Of a stretch of 64,000 bases of DNA, positions 18,725-29,053 are shown piece by piece. The DNA is from Bacillota bacterium (GTDB lineage Bacteria; Bacillota; Clostridia; Clostridiales; Clostridiaceae): NCBI GenBank assembly GCA_023445445.1, contig JAEXLD010000081.1, forward strand, positions 16,597 through 80,596, written 5' to 3'. The notes beneath the pieces are model-generated. The model was not told where the DNA came from. It did not search any database and worked only from the letters and a program-made list of their open reading frames with translations. Position 1 is the first letter of the stretch. Each line of letters begins with the position of its first letter. The translations under genes and the position numbers were made by a program.

Positions 18725-19714
18725 ATGAAAGTTAAAAAATTATTATCTTTAGTAATTGCTGGAGCTATGGCTTTTTCTATTGGATGTTCTGGCGGAGGAG
18801 ATAAGGTTAAAGAGGAAGGCAAGGGAGAAACTGGGGGAACTAAGAAATTAGTTGTAGGTTATGCACAATTAGGAGCTGAAAGTGAGTGGAGAACTGCTTG
18901 TACAAATTCTGTAAAGGAAGAAGCAAGTAAGAGGGGAATAGATTTAAAATTCTCTGATGCTCAACAAAAACAAGAAAATCAAATTAAGGCAATTCGTTCA
19001 TTTATAGCACAAAAAGTAGATGTTATAGGTGTATCTCCAGTTGTTGAATCTGGATGGGAAACTGTATTTAAAGAAGTTAAGGATGCTGGAATTCCATTAG
19101 TATTAGTTGATAGAAAAGCAGATGTTCCAGAGGATCTTTATGCTTGCTATTTAGGCTCTGATTTCGTAGAAGAAGGTAAAAAGGCAGCAGATGAGCTTGC
19201 TAAATTAATAAATTCAAAGGGCAATATAGTTGAGCTTCAAGGAACAGTTGGATCTTCAGCAGCAGTTGGAAGACAACAAGGTTTCTTAGATACTTTAAAG
19301 GCAAAATATCCTGATATAAAAATAATTAAATCTCAAACTGGTGATTTTACAAGAGCTAAGGGTAAAGAAGTTATGGAAGCTTTCTTAAAATCTGATGGAG
19401 AAAATATTACAGCTTTATTTGCACATAATGATGATATGGCAATAGGCGCTATACAAGCTATTGAAGAGTATGGAAAGAAACCTGGTGAAGATATAAAAAT
19501 AGTTTCTGTTGATGCAGTTAAAGGTGCTTTTGAAGCTATGATAGCTGGAAAGCTAAATGTTACTGTTGAATGTAATCCATTACTTGGACCACAATTCTTT
19601 GATGTTTGTGAAGATATAGTTGCAGGTAAAGAAGTTCCTAAGACTATACCATCTAAGGAAGGTGTATTTAGACAAGATACAGCAGCACAAGATTTACCAA
19701 ATAGAAAGTATTAA
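18725..19714 (+). CDS. ytfQ: Sugar ABC transporter substrate-binding lipoprotein, YtfQ (galactofuranose)-like
   Basis: Lipobox SIGC; QLGAESEWR, DAQQKQENQIKAIRSFIAQ, SQTGDFTR. Confidence 0.85.
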   Translation: MKVKKLLSLVIAGAMAFSIGCSGGGDKVKEEGKGETGGTKKLVVGYAQLGAESEWRTACTNSVKEEASKRGIDLKFSDAQQKQENQIKAIRSFIAQKVDVIGVSPVVESGWETVFKEVKDAGIPLVLVDRKADVPEDLYACYLGSDFVEEGKKAADELAKLINSKGNIVELQGTVGSSAAVGRQQGFLDTLKAKYPDIKIIKSQTGDFTRAKGKEVMEAFLKSDGENITALFAHNDDMAIGAIQAIEEYGKKPGEDIKIVSVDAVKGAFEAMIAGKLNVTVECNPLLGPQFFDVCEDIVAGKEVPKTIPSKEGVFRQDTAAQDLPNRKY

Positions 19715-19741
19715 TTTATATTTATTTTCTTTAATTTAATG

Positions 19742-19777
19742 TAAGCTGTTGCATCTAATTATATTTGCAACAGCTTA
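19742..19777 (+). promoter_or_regulatory. Intercistronic stem-loop after the SBP gene
   Basis: taagctgttgca / tgcaacagctta 12-bp IR. Confidence 0.6.
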
Positions 19778-19806
19778 TGTTAAATCTAAAAAAAGGAGAT
19801 GTAGCA

Positions 19807-21321
19807 ATGAAAGATAAAGATGTATTACTTAAAATGAAAGATATATGTATAGAATTTCCTGGAGTAAAGGCATTAGATAAGGTGGATTTTAATTTAGAAG
19901 AAGGAGAAATCCATGCATTAATGGGTGAAAATGGGGCAGGAAAATCTACATTGATTAAGGTATTAACAGGAGTTGAAAAGCTAGATAGTGGAGAAATTAT
20001 TTTCCTAGGAAATAGAATAAATCCAAAATCAACCTATGAAGCTCAAGTACTTGGTATTAGCACAGTATATCAGGAGGTAAACTTATGTAATAACATATCT
20101 GTGGCAGAGAATATCTTTATTGGAAGAGAGCCTACCAAGTTTGGAAAGATTAATTGGAAGGAAATGAATAGAAGAGCTACTTTAGCTATGAAGAAATTAA
20201 ATATTGATATTGATGTAACAAAGAGCTTAGATAGTTATTCTCTTGCTATAAAACAAATGGTTGCAATTGCAAGAGCAGTTGATATTGAAGCAAAAATATT
20301 GATTTTAGATGAGCCAACAGCTAGTTTAGATGAAAAGGAAGTTGTAAAGTTATTTGAAATAATGAGAAATTTAAAGTCTCAAGGTATAGGAATAATATTT
20401 GTTACTCATTTTTTAGATCAAGTATATGAAGTTTCAGACAAGATTACAGTTTTAAGGAATGGGAAATTAGTTGGAGAGTATAAAACTAGTGAATTATCAA
20501 AGATTCAATTAGTGGCAAAAATGATTGGAAAAGATTATGGTGAGATAAATTCTGGTATTAAACCAGTTGAAAATATAAATAGTGAAAATCCTAGAGAGGT
20601 TTTTTTAGAAGCAGTTAATTTAGGTAAGAAGAATCTTATAGAGCCTTTTGATACAGTAGTATATAAGGGGGAAGTTCTTGGATTAGCTGGGCTTTTAGGT
20701 TCTGGAAGAACTGAACTTGTTAATTTGTTATTTGGAATAGAAAAGGCAGATACAGGGGAAGTTCGTATAAATAATATAAAGAGTAAAATAAATAATCCAT
20801 TAGAAGCAATTAAAAAGGAAATTGCATATTGTCCAGAGGATAGAAAAAGGGAAGGGATAATCCCCAATTTATCTGTAAGGGAAAATATTATTTTAGCTCT
20901 TCAAGTTAAAAGGGGATGGATTAAATATATTCCTCTTAAGGAGCAGGAGAAAATTGCAAAAGAATATATTGAGCTTTTGGATATTAAGACACCATCACAA
21001 GAAAAGCTTGTAAATGAATTAAGTGGTGGAAATCAGCAAAAGGTTATTTTAGCAAGATGGTTATTAACAAGACCAAAGTTATTAATTTTAGATGAACCTA
21101 CCAGGGGCATAGATATTGGAACTAAGGCTGAAATTCAAAGGTTGGTGTTGGATTTTGCAGCTAAAGGAATTTCAGTAATATTTATTTCTTCAGAGCTAGA
21201 TGAAATGTTAAGAACTTGTACTAGATTAATAGTTTTAAGGGATAAGGTTAAGATTAAGGAACTTGTGGACAAGGATTTGGAAACTAATATTATTATGAAT
21301 ACCATAGCAGGAGGTAATTAG
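19807..21321 (+). CDS. ytfR: Sugar ABC transporter ATP-binding protein (two ABC domains)
   Basis: GENGAGKSTL, LSGGNQQK, DEPTRGID; AGGAG RBS before ATG 19807. Confidence 0.85.
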   Translation: MKDKDVLLKMKDICIEFPGVKALDKVDFNLEEGEIHALMGENGAGKSTLIKVLTGVEKLDSGEIIFLGNRINPKSTYEAQVLGISTVYQEVNLCNNISVAENIFIGREPTKFGKINWKEMNRRATLAMKKLNIDIDVTKSLDSYSLAIKQMVAIARAVDIEAKILILDEPTASLDEKEVVKLFEIMRNLKSQGIGIIFVTHFLDQVYEVSDKITVLRNGKLVGEYKTSELSKIQLVAKMIGKDYGEINSGIKPVENINSENPREVFLEAVNLGKKNLIEPFDTVVYKGEVLGLAGLLGSGRTELVNLLFGIEKADTGEVRINNIKSKINNPLEAIKKEIAYCPEDRKREGIIPNLSVRENIILALQVKRGWIKYIPLKEQEKIAKEYIELLDIKTPSQEKLVNELSGGNQQKVILARWLLTRPKLLILDEPTRGIDIGTKAEIQRLVLDFAAKGISVIFISSELDEMLRTCTRLIVLRDKVKIKELVDKDLETNIIMNTIAGGN

Positions 21322-21322
21322 T

Positions 21323-22408
21323 ATGAATTTATTAAAGAATATAAGAAAACAGCAAATATTTTGGCCTCTTGTTGCCTTATTTTTAGTTTTATTATTTAAT
21401 TTATTTTTTACCCCAGGTTTCTTTAAAATAGAAATGAAGGATGGACATTTATTTGGTAGTTTAATTGATATTATTAATAGAGGGGCACCTTTAATGATTT
21501 TATCTATAGGATTAACTCTTGTAATAGCCACCTCTGGTACAGATATTTCAGTTGGATCTGTAATTGCAATTACTGCTGCTATAGTTGCAAGTTTAATTGG
21601 TGGAGAAATGAGTTTTGTAGATGGTGTTCAAGAATATGTTAGTTTAATTCCAATGCCTATAGCAATTATTATTGGGTTATTAATAGCATGTCTCCTTGGT
21701 TTTTGGAATGGTGTATTAATAGGGAAAATAGGCATTCAGCCAATTATAGCAACTATGATATTAATGGTTGCAGGTAGAGGGATAGCACAGCTTATAACAA
21801 AGGCTCAAATTATTACAATTTATTATAAGCCTTATTTTTTCTTTGGAGGAGGATATCTCTTTGGATTACCATTTTCCATTTTTATAGTGGCTCTTTGCCT
21901 TTTAGTTGTACTAATTCTTGTTAAGAAAACAGCCTTTGGATTATTTGTAGAATCTTCAGGATGTAACTCTGAAGCAAGTAAATATGTTGGAATAAAGGTA
22001 GACTGGGTTAAGGTTTGTGTTTATACAATTTCAGGCTTATGTGCAGGGATAGCAGCAATATTATTAAGCTCTAATATTAAGTGTGCAGATGCAAATAATT
22101 TAGGTTTATATATAGAGCTTGATGCAATTTTAGCTGTTGCTATTGGGGGAAACCCTATGTCTGGAGGTAAGTTTTCAATCCCTTGTAGTATAGTTGGTGC
22201 TTTAATTATTCAAAGTTTAACTACTACTATATACTCCTTTGGTGTTCCACCTGAAGTAACTTTAGTTGTAAAGGCTTTAGTTGTAATAGTTATTTGCTTA
22301 TTGCAATCTGAGAATTTTAGAGTTATCTTTAGGAATTTCTTTAATAAGAAGAGGGGGGTTAATAGTGAAAAGCTTGCTACTGTTGAAAAACAAAATATTA
22401 CAAACTAA
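21323..22408 (+). CDS. ytfT: Sugar ABC permease
   Basis: GHLFGSLIDI, QPIIATMILMVAGRGIAQL, ELDAILAV. Confidence 0.8.
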   Translation: MNLLKNIRKQQIFWPLVALFLVLLFNLFFTPGFFKIEMKDGHLFGSLIDIINRGAPLMILSIGLTLVIATSGTDISVGSVIAITAAIVASLIGGEMSFVDGVQEYVSLIPMPIAIIIGLLIACLLGFWNGVLIGKIGIQPIIATMILMVAGRGIAQLITKAQIITIYYKPYFFFGGGYLFGLPFSIFIVALCLLVVLILVKKTAFGLFVESSGCNSEASKYVGIKVDWVKVCVYTISGLCAGIAAILLSSNIKCADANNLGLYIELDAILAVAIGGNPMSGGKFSIPCSIVGALIIQSLTTTIYSFGVPPEVTLVVKALVVIVICLLQSENFRVIFRNFFNKKRGVNSEKLATVEKQNITN

Positions 22409-23354
22409 ATACTTACCTATATTTGTAACAATAATTTTATTTATAGCCTTATGTGCTTTTGGAACTTTTAAGTATACAGGATTTTTTAGATTACAGACAT
22501 TTTTAAATTTGCTAATAGATAATGCATTTTTGCTTATAACAGCTATTGGTGTTACCTTTGTACTGATTACTGGGGGAATAGATATATCTGTTGGAGCAGT
22601 AATTGCCTTTATATGTATGCTGTCAGCATATCTTCTTGAAAATAAGGGATGGAATCCTTGGGTTGTAATTTTATTTATGCTTATAATTGGGTGTATTTTT
22701 GGAACTATTATGGGTGTCTTAGTAACAAAGTTTAAGATTCAACCCTTTATAGCTACTCTTGCAGGAATGTTTTTAGCTAGAGGTCTATGTTACCTTGTAA
22801 GTATAGATACAATAACTATTACAAATGAAACTTATACTAAGATAAGTCAAGCAAGGATAAAAATTGGTGATAGCTTTATTTCTTGGAGTGTAGTAATTGC
22901 AATAGTAGTTTTAATTTTAGCTATATATGTGCTGCAATACACAAAGTTTGGTAGAGCAGTATATGCAATAGGAGGAAATGAACAATCAGCAAGGCTTATG
23001 GGATTACCTGTTGATAGAGTTAAAATTTTAGTTTACACAATTAGTGGATTTTGCTCATCTCTTGCAGGAGTTGTATTTAGTTTTTATATGCTATCAGGCT
23101 ATGGGCAACATACTGTAGGATTAGAAATGGATGCCATAGCATCTGCTGTAATTGGTGGAATCATGCTAACAGGTGGAGTTGGATATGTTATAGGAACCTT
23201 ATTTGGTGTGTTAACACAAGGTGTCATTCAAACAATAATAATATTTGAAGGAACCTTAAGTTCCTGGTGGACAAAGATTGTGGTGGCAGCTTTGCTTTGT
23301 ATATTTATAATATTACAAAGAGTATTTATAATAATGAAATCAAAGGAAAAGTAA
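22365..23354 (+). CDS. yjfF: Sugar ABC permease
   Basis: NLLIDNAFL, GGIDISVG, LSSWWTKI. Confidence 0.82.
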   Translation: MKSLLLLKNKILQTKYLPIFVTIILFIALCAFGTFKYTGFFRLQTFLNLLIDNAFLLITAIGVTFVLITGGIDISVGAVIAFICMLSAYLLENKGWNPWVVILFMLIIGCIFGTIMGVLVTKFKIQPFIATLAGMFLARGLCYLVSIDTITITNETYTKISQARIKIGDSFISWSVVIAIVVLILAIYVLQYTKFGRAVYAIGGNEQSARLMGLPVDRVKILVYTISGFCSSLAGVVFSFYMLSGYGQHTVGLEMDAIASAVIGGIMLTGGVGYVIGTLFGVLTQGVIQTIIIFEGTLSSWWTKIVVAALLCIFIILQRVFIIMKSKEK

Positions 23355-23415
23355 CTGGAAATAAATTGGACCCCAGGGGATTTTAAATCCCCTGGGGTCC
23401 AATTTATTTCCAGTT
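23353..23415. repeat. REP-like inverted doublet
   Basis: 31-bp perfect IR aactggaaataaattggaccccaggggattt / complement; overlaps the yjfF stop. Confidence 0.92.
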
Positions 23416-23599
23416 TAAGTTGCTTTTCTTCTTTAGCTTCTAAGCTATCATATAAATCCCTAAACTTTGAAAGTTCATCTTTACTTACCTTATATAAAGT
23501 GCCATCAATATTAATTTTATCACCTATAAGGGATATTGAATGCTCCTTGTTACCTTTAGTTTTTATAAGGAACTCCCAGTCCTTAATGTTATCTTCTTT
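23416..23599 (-). pseudogene. Start-less remnant of a hypothetical gene
   Basis: Minus frame reads KEDNIKDWEFLIKTKGNKEHSISLIGDKINIDGTLYKVSKDELSKFRDLYDSLEAKEEKQL, preceded by in-frame TAG and running into the repeat. Confidence 0.5.
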
Positions 23600-23702
23600 C
23601 TATTTTTTACTTCCTTTTAAAAGGGAAATAAAATGATATTCTTAAATGAATATTATTATTGTACTATTATAATAACAATAATAAAGCGAAGGAGAGAGGT
23701 AA

Positions 23703-24419
23703 ATGGTAAGAGATTTAAAAGTAAAAATATATGCAGATGGTGCAGATTTAAAATCAATGCTTGAAGAATACAATAAAGGAATTGTTAGTGGATTTACAAC
23801 AAACCCTTCATTAATGAAGGCTGCTGGAATAAAGAATTATAAAGAATTTGGTAGGGATGTACTAAATGAAATAAAGGATATGCCAATTTCCTTTGAGGTT
23901 TTTGGAGATGATGAAGAAACAATACTTAAGGAGGCAAGAGAACTTTTTACCTGGGGTGAAAACGTTTATGTAAAAATACCAGTAGTAAATACTAAGGGAG
24001 AATTTAATGAGAATATAATTAAAACCTTAGTAGATGAAAAGGTTAAGCTTAATATAACTGCAATCTTTACCTATCAACAAGTAAAGGATGTTATGAGCTT
24101 ATTAAATAAAGATAGTGAAGCCATTATTTCAATATTTGCTGGAAGAATAGCAGATGCAGGAGTGGATCCAATAGGAATAATGAAAGAAGCTATTGAGCTT
24201 TCAAAGGAATATCCAAAGGTAGAAATATTATGGGCAAGTTGTAGAGAGCTTTATAGTATTATTGAAGCTAACAATATTGGCTGTGATATTATTACAGTTC
24301 AAAATAGCATATTAAAGAAAATTGATTTATTAGGTAAAGACTTAAATGAGTATTCTATAGAAACTGTTAATGATTTCTTTAGGGATGCAAATAGTTTAGG
24401 ATTTTCAATTATGGAATAG
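23703..24419 (+). CDS. Transaldolase-family protein
   Basis: IYADGAD, GFTTNPSL, SFEV, YVKIP (Schiff-base Lys), NITAIF, SIFAGR, LWAS.R. Confidence 0.88.
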   Translation: MVRDLKVKIYADGADLKSMLEEYNKGIVSGFTTNPSLMKAAGIKNYKEFGRDVLNEIKDMPISFEVFGDDEETILKEARELFTWGENVYVKIPVVNTKGEFNENIIKTLVDEKVKLNITAIFTYQQVKDVMSLLNKDSEAIISIFAGRIADAGVDPIGIMKEAIELSKEYPKVEILWASCRELYSIIEANNIGCDIITVQNSILKKIDLLGKDLNEYSIETVNDFFRDANSLGFSIME

Positions 24420-24444
24420 GGTTTAATTTAAGAGAGGTAAAACT

Positions 24445-24909
24445 ATGATAGAAAAATTATTAACTGAGGAAGCTATTGATGTAAACATCAAGGCTGAGAA
24501 TTGGCAAGAAGCAGTAACTATAGCAGGTAAATTACTATTAAAAAATGAAAAGATTGAGGAAAGATATATAGAAGCTATGATACAAACAGTTAAGGAAATG
24601 GGCCCATATATAGTAATGGCACCTGGAATAGCAATGCCTCATGGAAGACCTGATTCTGGAGTTTTAGAACTAGGAATATCATTAATATCTTTAGAAAAGG
24701 GTTTAAACTTTGGAAGTAGTGAATTTGATCCTGTTAAGCTTGTATTTGCAATTTGTGCTAAGGAAAATAAAACACATATTGAATTACTTCAAGATTTATC
24801 TTATATCTTGGATGATGAAAATCTATTAAATGAAGTTGAAGGATGTAATTCAAAAGAAGAGTTGTTAAAGGTAATTTTAGAGGTTTATAAAAGAAATAAA
24901 ACAAATTAA
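24445..24909 (+). CDS. PTS IIA (fructose/mannitol-type, UlaC-like)
   Basis: GPYIVMAPGIAMPHGRP. Confidence 0.88.
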   Translation: MIEKLLTEEAIDVNIKAENWQEAVTIAGKLLLKNEKIEERYIEAMIQTVKEMGPYIVMAPGIAMPHGRPDSGVLELGISLISLEKGLNFGSSEFDPVKLVFAICAKENKTHIELLQDLSYILDDENLLNEVEGCNSKEELLKVILEVYKRNKTN

Positions 24910-24923
24910 GGGTGGGATTATTT

Positions 24924-25205
24924 ATGAAAATTATAACTGTATGTGGAAATGGAATAGGAAGCAGTTTAATGCTAGCTATGAAAATACAAGAAATATGTGA
25001 TGAGGAGGGGATAAAGGCAGAGGTAGAGTCTTCTGATGTTAGTGCAGCTGTAGGAAAGAAATGTGATCTTATTGTTACTGTTAAAGAATTAGCTTCACAC
25101 TTTAATAATGATAATACTTTAATTGTTAGAAGCTATATAAACAAAAAGAAGATTAAGGAAGATATATTAGATAAGCTTAAAGAGAAAAGTACAGAGTTAA
25201 AATAG
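24924..25205 (+). CDS. PTS IIB (UlaB-like)
   Basis: VCGNGIGSS P-loop. Confidence 0.88.
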   Translation: MKIITVCGNGIGSSLMLAMKIQEICDEEGIKAEVESSDVSAAVGKKCDLIVTVKELASHFNNDNTLIVRSYINKKKIKEDILDKLKEKSTELK

Positions 25206-25253
25206 CATTTATTTTGGTTATTATAAAATTTTTATATAAAGGAGAAGGGTATT

Positions 25254-26624
25254 ATGGAAGGTATTTTAGCGTTTTTTAGAGATTTCTTAAAAGAACCTGC
25301 ATTATTAATGGGATTAATGGCTTTTATAGGATTAATTGCTTTAAGAAGGCCAACTCATAAGGTATTTACAGGAACTTTGAAACCTATACTTGGTTATTTA
25401 ATGCTTGGTGCAGGTGCAGATTTTATAGTTTCTAATTTAAATCCTTTAGGAGAAATGATTCAAGAGGGATTTAATATTAATGGAGTTATTCCTAATAATG
25501 AGGCAATAGTTTCAGTAGCACAAAAGGTTCTTGGTGTGGAAACAATGTCTATATTAATAGTTGGTTATGTAGTAAACCTTGCTATAGCAAGATTCACTAA
25601 ATATAAATATATATTCTTAACTGGACATCATAGTTTCTTTATGGCATGTCTATTATCAGCAGTTTTACAAACAGCAGGCTTTGAAGGAGCAGCTTTAATT
25701 GGAATTGGTGGAGCCTTCTTAGGATTGATTAGTGCAATATTACCAGCAGTTGGACAAAAGTATACTTTAAAGGTTACTGATGGTGATGAAGTTGCTATGG
25801 GTCATTTTGGAAGTTTAGCTTATTATGCATCAGCATGGATAGGTGGAAAAGTAGGTAAGGCAGAAGATAGCACAGAAAAGATGGAAATACCAGAACAATG
25901 GAGTTTCTTAAGAGATACAACAATTTCAACAGCTTTAACAATGATGGTATTTTATTTAATAGCTGCTATAGCTGCAGGTTCTGAATTTGTTAATAACTTA
26001 TCTGGTGGACAAAATATGGTATTATTTGCTTTAATGTCAGCAATGAAGTTTGCTGTAGGTGTAACTATAGTTTATGCAGGTGTTAGAATGATACTTGGAG
26101 ATTTACTTCCAGCCTTCCAAGGTATTGCTACAAAGGTTATACCAGATGCAATTCCAGCAGTAGACTGTGCAGTATTCTTCACATATGCACCAACAGCAGT
26201 TGTTATAGGTTTTGTTTCTAGCTTTATAGGTGGAGTTATTGGAATGTTATTACTTGGAGTAGCTGGTGGAGCTTTAATTATACCAGGACTTGTACCGCAT
26301 TTCTTCTGTGGAGCAACAGCAGGTATATATGGAAATGCAACAGGTGGCAAAAAGGGAGCAGCTGTTGGAGCTTTTGTTAATGGATTATTAATTACCTTTG
26401 TTCCAGCATTATTACTTCCTGTACTAGGCAACCTAGGCTTTGAGAATACAACCTTTGGTGATTTTGACTTTGGTATTGTAGGATTAGCAATAGGAAAGCT
26501 TTATGAATTCTTAGGCTCTATAGGAGTAATAATATTATTAGCTTTATTAGTGATTGTAGTATTAATTCCAAGTTTTATAAAAACAAAGTCAAAGGTTATT
26601 AACAATAATTCTGAGGAAATGTAA
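25254..26624 (+). CDS. PTS ascorbate-family IIC (UlaA/SgaT-like)
   Basis: PNNEAI, YIFLTGHH, AMGHFG, PAVDC, VPHFFCG. Confidence 0.9.
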   Translation: MEGILAFFRDFLKEPALLMGLMAFIGLIALRRPTHKVFTGTLKPILGYLMLGAGADFIVSNLNPLGEMIQEGFNINGVIPNNEAIVSVAQKVLGVETMSILIVGYVVNLAIARFTKYKYIFLTGHHSFFMACLLSAVLQTAGFEGAALIGIGGAFLGLISAILPAVGQKYTLKVTDGDEVAMGHFGSLAYYASAWIGGKVGKAEDSTEKMEIPEQWSFLRDTTISTALTMMVFYLIAAIAAGSEFVNNLSGGQNMVLFALMSAMKFAVGVTIVYAGVRMILGDLLPAFQGIATKVIPDAIPAVDCAVFFTYAPTAVVIGFVSSFIGGVIGMLLLGVAGGALIIPGLVPHFFCGATAGIYGNATGGKKGAAVGAFVNGLLITFVPALLLPVLGNLGFENTTFGDFDFGIVGLAIGKLYEFLGSIGVIILLALLVIVVLIPSFIKTKSKVINNNSEEM

Positions 26625-26649
26625 TCCCAAAATTGATCCCCAATTTGAT

Positions 26650-26750
26650 CCCCAGGGGACCAAATAATTTCCAGTTTATAGTTAATCCCCAGGGGACCAA
26701 TTATTTACCAAATCATAGGTATACCCCAGGGGACCAAATAACTTCCAATT
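26650..26750 (+). repeat. Three direct REP-like units at exact 37-bp period
   Basis: ccccaggggaccaa starts at 26650, 26687 and 26724. Confidence 0.9.
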
Positions 26751-26782
26751 AGGCTAGATATTATTATCTAGCCTTTATTTTT
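26751..26782 (+). terminator. Intrinsic terminator
   Basis: aggctagata-ttat-tatctagcct then ttattttt. Confidence 0.75.
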
Positions 26783-26831
26783 GGAGACAAACACATAAAA
26801 ATATATTAAGGTGTATAATAAATACAAAATT

Positions 26832-26865
26832 AATTTAGATACAAATTAAATTTAGATACAAATTA
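26832..26865. repeat. 17-bp direct repeat x2 upstream of the PRD regulator
   Basis: aatttagatacaaatta twice. Confidence 0.75.
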
Positions 26866-26908
26866 TAATTATGGGATAGTAATTATAAATTAGATAGGAG
26901 GGGAAATT

Positions 26909-29053
26909 TTGAATATAAGATATATTGAAATATTAAATTTATTAATTAATTCTAGAACTGATTTAAGTGTTGAAGATTTAGCCAATAAATTTGGAATTTC
27001 AAAAAGGATGATTAGATATGATATTGATGAAATTAATAGATATCTAAGGGAAAATAATATTTCTGAAATAGATAAAAAACCTAACTCTCCATTAAGATTT
27101 AACTTATCTAAAGAGGAAGAAGAAAAAGTGAAAAAGCTTATAAGCAATATAAATATGAAAAGCTATATTTTTTCTACAGAAGAAAGAGTTGGGATATTAT
27201 TATATGAGTTACTAAGTTCAAATAAAATTTATAACTATAATGAGTTTCAAGAAAAATTATCAATAAGTAAAACTACCTTAGTTAATGATATTAAAAAAGT
27301 TAAGGAATGGCTTAGTGAATATAATATAGAAATAATAAAGGTTTCTAATAAAGGTTTTAAAATTAGTGGAGATGAAAATACCATTAGAAAGGCCATGATA
27401 AGCTTACTTATAGATAAAAGTAAGTATAATATTATCGAAACACTAGAAAAAATTTATAATAATGAAAATACTAGCATTTTAGGAGATATTAAAAATATAG
27501 ACATAAATAAAAAGAATATGGGATATATAAAGGAGCTAGTTAGAGAGTTAGAGAAAGATTTTGGAGTGTTTTCTGAAGAAGACTTTTTTAATTTAGTAAT
27601 TGCATTATTTGTAATTATAAATAGAGCTGGGAATCTACCAATTAATAAGGGAAATAAAAGCTTAAGTATAAATTATAAAAAGGAATATGAAGCAGCTTTA
27701 GAAATTTCCAATAAGATTAAAGATAGGTATAATATTACCTTAGGAAAAGAAGAAGTTAATATTATTGCTAGCAAAATACTATCTGGAAGTAAAAATGAAG
27801 GAGATTTATTTGAATCGAAGGATTATTTTGATGCTTGTTATATAGCTGGTAAGATAATGGACAACCTAAGATTAACCTTTGGAAATAATTTCAGAATGGA
27901 TAATGCATTATTTGAAAGCTTTATTAATCATCTAAAAAGTTTAATTTTTAGATTAAAATATAATGTTAAAAGTAAAAATCCAATTTTAGATACTATTATA
28001 AATAACTATAAAAATGAATTTAAATTAGTAAAGGAAGCAACAAATTTTATTAAAGATAAATTTAACTGTATATTAAGTGATGATGAAATTGGATATATAG
28101 TTATGTATATTGAAGCCACTATAGAAAAAAATAAAAAGGATGAAATAATAAAAAGTAAAAATATTATTATAGCTTGTTCAGCGGGTTTTGCCACAGGAAG
28201 ATTATTAGAAGCTAAGATAAAGGGGAGTTTTGATGTTAATGTAGTTGGAGTTACTTCTATACATAATATAAGTAGTTTATTAAAAGGAAAAGAAAAAATA
28301 GATTATATAATTTCACCAGTGGATATAAATGAAAATTATAATATACCTATAATAAAAGTATCTCCAATTTTGAATAATGAGGATAGAGGAGAATTAGCAA
28401 GACATTTATCTTTAAAAAATATAAATGATAATAATTTAAGTCTTCAAGACAAGGGAGAAAATATAGACAAGTTAAAAAGTGTAGATAGTGAAGAAGTCAA
28501 TATAGATGAAATTATAAGTATTATAGAAAGAAATGCAAAGATTTTAGATAATAAAAAATTAAAGGAAGAATTAACTTTTTATTTTAATAAAAGAAATAGT
28601 GATAAAATTATTGATTTAAGAAAATATATTTATGAAGATAATATTCAATTAAATTTAGTAGCAGATAATTGGGAAGAGGCAATAAGACTTAGTGCCATGC
28701 CACTGTTAATAAACAAGTCTATAACTGAAGAATATATAGATGCCATGATAGATAATATAAATGATTTAGGTGCATATATAGTGGTAGATGATGGAATAGC
28801 CATCCCTCATGCAAGACCTGATAATTATGTTAAAAGCTTTGGAATTACTATTAATACTTTTATCAATCCAATTACTATAGGTGACCATAATAATATAAGG
28901 ATATTTATAACTATAGCTAGCACAAATAATGAAGATCATATTGAACTAATAACTCAAATAATGAAACTAATAGACGAAGAAGGCTTTATAGATATGTTAA
29001 ATAGAAAGGATGTTAGCAAGAAAGAAATATTAAAAATAATAAATTGTAAATAA
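26909..29053 (+). CDS. BglG/MtlR-type PRD transcriptional regulator (HTH-PRD-EIIB-EIIA)
   Basis: N-terminal HTH (ISKRMIRYDI), PRD segments, ACSAGFATG EIIB-like loop, GIAIPHARP EIIA. Confidence 0.88.
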   Translation: MNIRYIEILNLLINSRTDLSVEDLANKFGISKRMIRYDIDEINRYLRENNISEIDKKPNSPLRFNLSKEEEEKVKKLISNINMKSYIFSTEERVGILLYELLSSNKIYNYNEFQEKLSISKTTLVNDIKKVKEWLSEYNIEIIKVSNKGFKISGDENTIRKAMISLLIDKSKYNIIETLEKIYNNENTSILGDIKNIDINKKNMGYIKELVRELEKDFGVFSEEDFFNLVIALFVIINRAGNLPINKGNKSLSINYKKEYEAALEISNKIKDRYNITLGKEEVNIIASKILSGSKNEGDLFESKDYFDACYIAGKIMDNLRLTFGNNFRMDNALFESFINHLKSLIFRLKYNVKSKNPILDTIINNYKNEFKLVKEATNFIKDKFNCILSDDEIGYIVMYIEATIEKNKKDEIIKSKNIIIACSAGFATGRLLEAKIKGSFDVNVVGVTSIHNISSLLKGKEKIDYIISPVDINENYNIPIIKVSPILNNEDRGELARHLSLKNINDNNLSLQDKGENIDKLKSVDSEEVNIDEIISIIERNAKILDNKKLKEELTFYFNKRNSDKIIDLRKYIYEDNIQLNLVADNWEEAIRLSAMPLLINKSITEEYIDAMIDNINDLGAYIVVDDGIAIPHARPDNYVKSFGITINTFINPITIGDHNNIRIFITIASTNNEDHIELITQIMKLIDEEGFIDMLNRKDVSKKEILKIINCK

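Noticed and set aside
21099..23960. Partial cores accagggg (~21100), ccccagg (~21411), cctgggg (~23950)
   Set aside because: Incomplete core, no flanking arm, explained by codons
26650..26750. CRISPR array
   Set aside because: Only three units, variable parts ~13 nt and similar to each other, no cas genes, and the repeat belongs to the dispersed palindrome family
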